From assembly GCA_027621175.1 (NCBI GenBank), contig JAQCCM010000003.1:24845-88844 (forward strand): DNA of 64,000 nucleotides, written 5' to 3'. Origin of the DNA: Bacteroidota bacterium (GTDB taxonomy: Bacteria; Bacteroidota; Bacteroidia; Flavobacteriales; Flavobacteriaceae). The notes beneath the pieces are model-generated. The model was given only the letters and a program-made list of their open reading frames with translations. It did no database searches and was not told the DNA's origin. The translations under genes were made by a program, and so were the position numbers. This document shows positions 62,211 through 64,000 of this stretch, in pieces. Numbering within the stretch: position 1 is the stretch's first letter; every line of letters starts with the position of its first letter.

Positions 62211-62794
62211 AACATTATGCGCTTACTGGTGGCATTGGTAGTGGTAAATCCACCATTCTTAGGTTGTTTAAAGAAATGGGCGTACCTACTTTTTCCGCTG
62301 ATGATTCCGCAAAATATGCGATGCAACATAACCCTGAAGTAAAGAGAAAAGTCAAATCCCTTTTCGGAGATGCAGCCTACAAAGACGATATACTAGATAG
62401 AAAACGCATTGCAGAGCAGGTTTTTAATGATAAAAATAAATTAGATGCATTAAATGGTGTTGTACACCCTGCTGCAACAGCGGCATATGTTAAATGGCAA
62501 AAGCTACAAAATGCGCCTTATACCGTTTACGAATTTCCTATTGTTTTTGAATTAAATGCACAGAATCGATTTGATGGAGTCATTTTAGTGACTGCACCAG
62601 AAAAAGAGCGCATAAAACGTGTAAAAAACAGAGACCATGTACCAGAAGAAGCTGTTCGAGCTCGTATGTTACACCAATGGACTGACGAACAAAAAATGGT
62701 GCTTGCTGATTTTGTGATTGAAAATGTAGATCTTAGCAGTACAACATCTCAAGTCGAATCCTTACATGACAAGTTGCTAAAACACTCAAATTGA
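62207..62794 (+). CDS. coaE: Dephospho-CoA kinase
   Basis: P-loop LTGGIGSGKST, about 195 aa. Confidence 0.9.
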   Translation: MKHYALTGGIGSGKSTILRLFKEMGVPTFSADDSAKYAMQHNPEVKRKVKSLFGDAAYKDDILDRKRIAEQVFNDKNKLDALNGVVHPAATAAYVKWQKLQNAPYTVYEFPIVFELNAQNRFDGVILVTAPEKERIKRVKNRDHVPEEAVRARMLHQWTDEQKMVLADFVIENVDLSSTTSQVESLHDKLLKHSN

Positions 62795-64000
62795 TGAGAA
62801 AGAATCTTTTTACAGTATTGGTTGTTTTTATGTGCCTATCTCTTTTGGGAATTATCATAGTACAAACATTTTGGATTCAAACCAACCTTAACAATCGTGA
62901 TCGTCAGTTTTCGTTGAGTGTTAATAATGCGCTGGCTTCTGTTTCCGAACAAATAAAAGAGCGTGAACTGCGTGATTATATTGCAGCTACTCAAAAATTA
63001 ATGGACAGTATTGGCTCTCCCAAAGAATCACAGTTGACAGAAGTTTTTCAATATATTGATCGCACAACTGAAGAAAATAAGACCTTGTTGGTTTCGAGTG
63101 GGATCATTGAAGACACTTATGAAATTTTCCCAAATTTATACGATCCCACTTCATCCGATTCTACACCCATTTTAGATTATCGAAGTATCAAGGCAACTAC
63201 AGTTCTGGAAGAGGATGTAGAAGGGACTATTAACCGTATGTCATCAGCAGAAAGAATACAGCGAATTGAGCGGTTGTCGTCTATGGATAAGGCCAAATAC
63301 GAGAGTATTTTTATGGATATTGCGGCCAATAAATCAATCGAAAAGCGTGTTAGTACTTTTGAATTAGAACTTTTATTAGGTCAGGAATTATTGCTTCGTG
63401 ACATTGACGCAAGCTTTGAGTTTCGAGTTTTTGAAGGGAATCGCATGTCTGGTCTTGGCACGGATTTATTCCTACAAAATATTAATAACACGACTTACAA
63501 AACGCCTCTTTTTGTTGACATCAATGGGGATAGTAGTTATGAGTTGCGATTAATCTTCCCTGATAAGAGCGCTTTTTTACGGTCATCTGTTTTAAACTCT
63601 ATTGCACTCTCTGTTTTTTTTACCTTGATTTTAATTGGTGTGTTTACAGTCACATTGTTACAAGCCTTTAAGCAAAAGAAAATTTCAGAAATAAAATCAG
63701 ATTTTATCAATAATATGACACACGAGTTCAAAACACCTATTGCAACCATTCAGCTTGCGTTAGATGCTCTTGCTACCCCTGTCATTGCCAAAAAGCCAGA
63801 CAAGGTTACACAATATCTGGGGCTTATTCGAGATGAGAGTAGGCGTATGAATACACAGGTGGAGAACGTATTGCAAATTTCCAGATTAGACAGAAAAGAA
63901 TTAGAGCTTACTACTTCCGAAATAGACCCACACAGACCTATTAAAACAGCTATCGAACATGTTCGTTTACTTATTGATCAAAATGAGGGAACACTTCGTA
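62794..64000 (+). CDS. Sensor histidine kinase, 5' part (continues past the window end)
   Basis: Manual translation from the ATG at 62794. It shows TM1 (LFTVLVVFMCLSLLGIIIV), an extracytoplasmic region of about 230 aa, TM2 (IALSVFFTLILIGVFTV), then the HisKA H-box SDFINNMTHEFKTPIATI. No stop codon before base 64000. Confidence 0.85.
   Translation, partial: MRKNLFTVLVVFMCLSLLGIIIVQTFWIQTNLNNRDRQFSLSVNNALASVSEQIKERELRDYIAATQKLMDSIGSPKESQLTEVFQYIDRTTEENKTLLVSSGIIEDTYEIFPNLYDPTSSDSTPILDYRSIKATTVLEEDVEGTINRMSSAERIQRIERLSSMDKAKYESIFMDIAANKSIEKRVSTFELELLLGQELLLRDIDASFEFRVFEGNRMSGLGTDLFLQNINNTTYKTPLFVDINGDSSYELRLIFPDKSAFLRSSVLNSIALSVFFTLILIGVFTVTLLQAFKQKKISEIKSDFINNMTHEFKTPIATIQLALDALATPVIAKKPDKVTQYLGLIRDESRRMNTQVENVLQISRLDRKELELTTSEIDPHRPIKTAIEHVRLLIDQNEGTLR

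Overview
This 64 kb window looks like a densely packed core-chromosome segment of a Flavobacteriia-type Bacteroidota genome, roughly 40% GC by eye. The lineage call rests on four observations. (1) gldJ, porU and porV, the gliding and type IX secretion (T9SS) genes, are present. (2) The Bacteroidota arrangement rpmB-rpmG-DUF4295 is present. (3) bshC is present. (4) The Bacteroidota -7 promoter motif TAnnTTTG recurs in front of many genes.

I call about 60 protein genes, one tRNA-Val(GAC), two hairpin terminators, one tandem lipoyl-domain repeat and about 20 candidate -7 promoter boxes. The genes are almost all housekeeping:
- 2-oxoacid dehydrogenase components, rpmB/rpmG, ftsY, rimO
- guaA, pyrG, yidC, mnmA, tatA, murF
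- pdhA plus its E2, gcvP, trmD, dapF, mltG
- dnaA, ribD, prmC, ligA, dapA, bamD
- rpoZ, coaBC, recN, fabI, coaE

I saw no CRISPR array, transposase, integrase, phage module, toxin-antitoxin pair or defence island. I do not think the window holds a clearly novel multi-gene system.

The points most worth a second look are:
- A conserved YbgC-type thioesterase beside dnaA is interrupted by one in-frame TAG at a conserved Trp position.
- The AT-rich dnaA-upstream spacer has one good DnaA box and a local switch in gene orientation, making it a weak candidate origin.
- About seven TAnnTTTG boxes lie only 3-5 nt from start codons, which predicts leaderless mRNAs.
- A polytopic membrane protein has only the second Asp-rich motif of UbiA-type prenyltransferases and no ATG start.
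- There are several unusual gene overlaps and junctions.

All functional calls come from reading motifs in the supplied translations. No database search was run.
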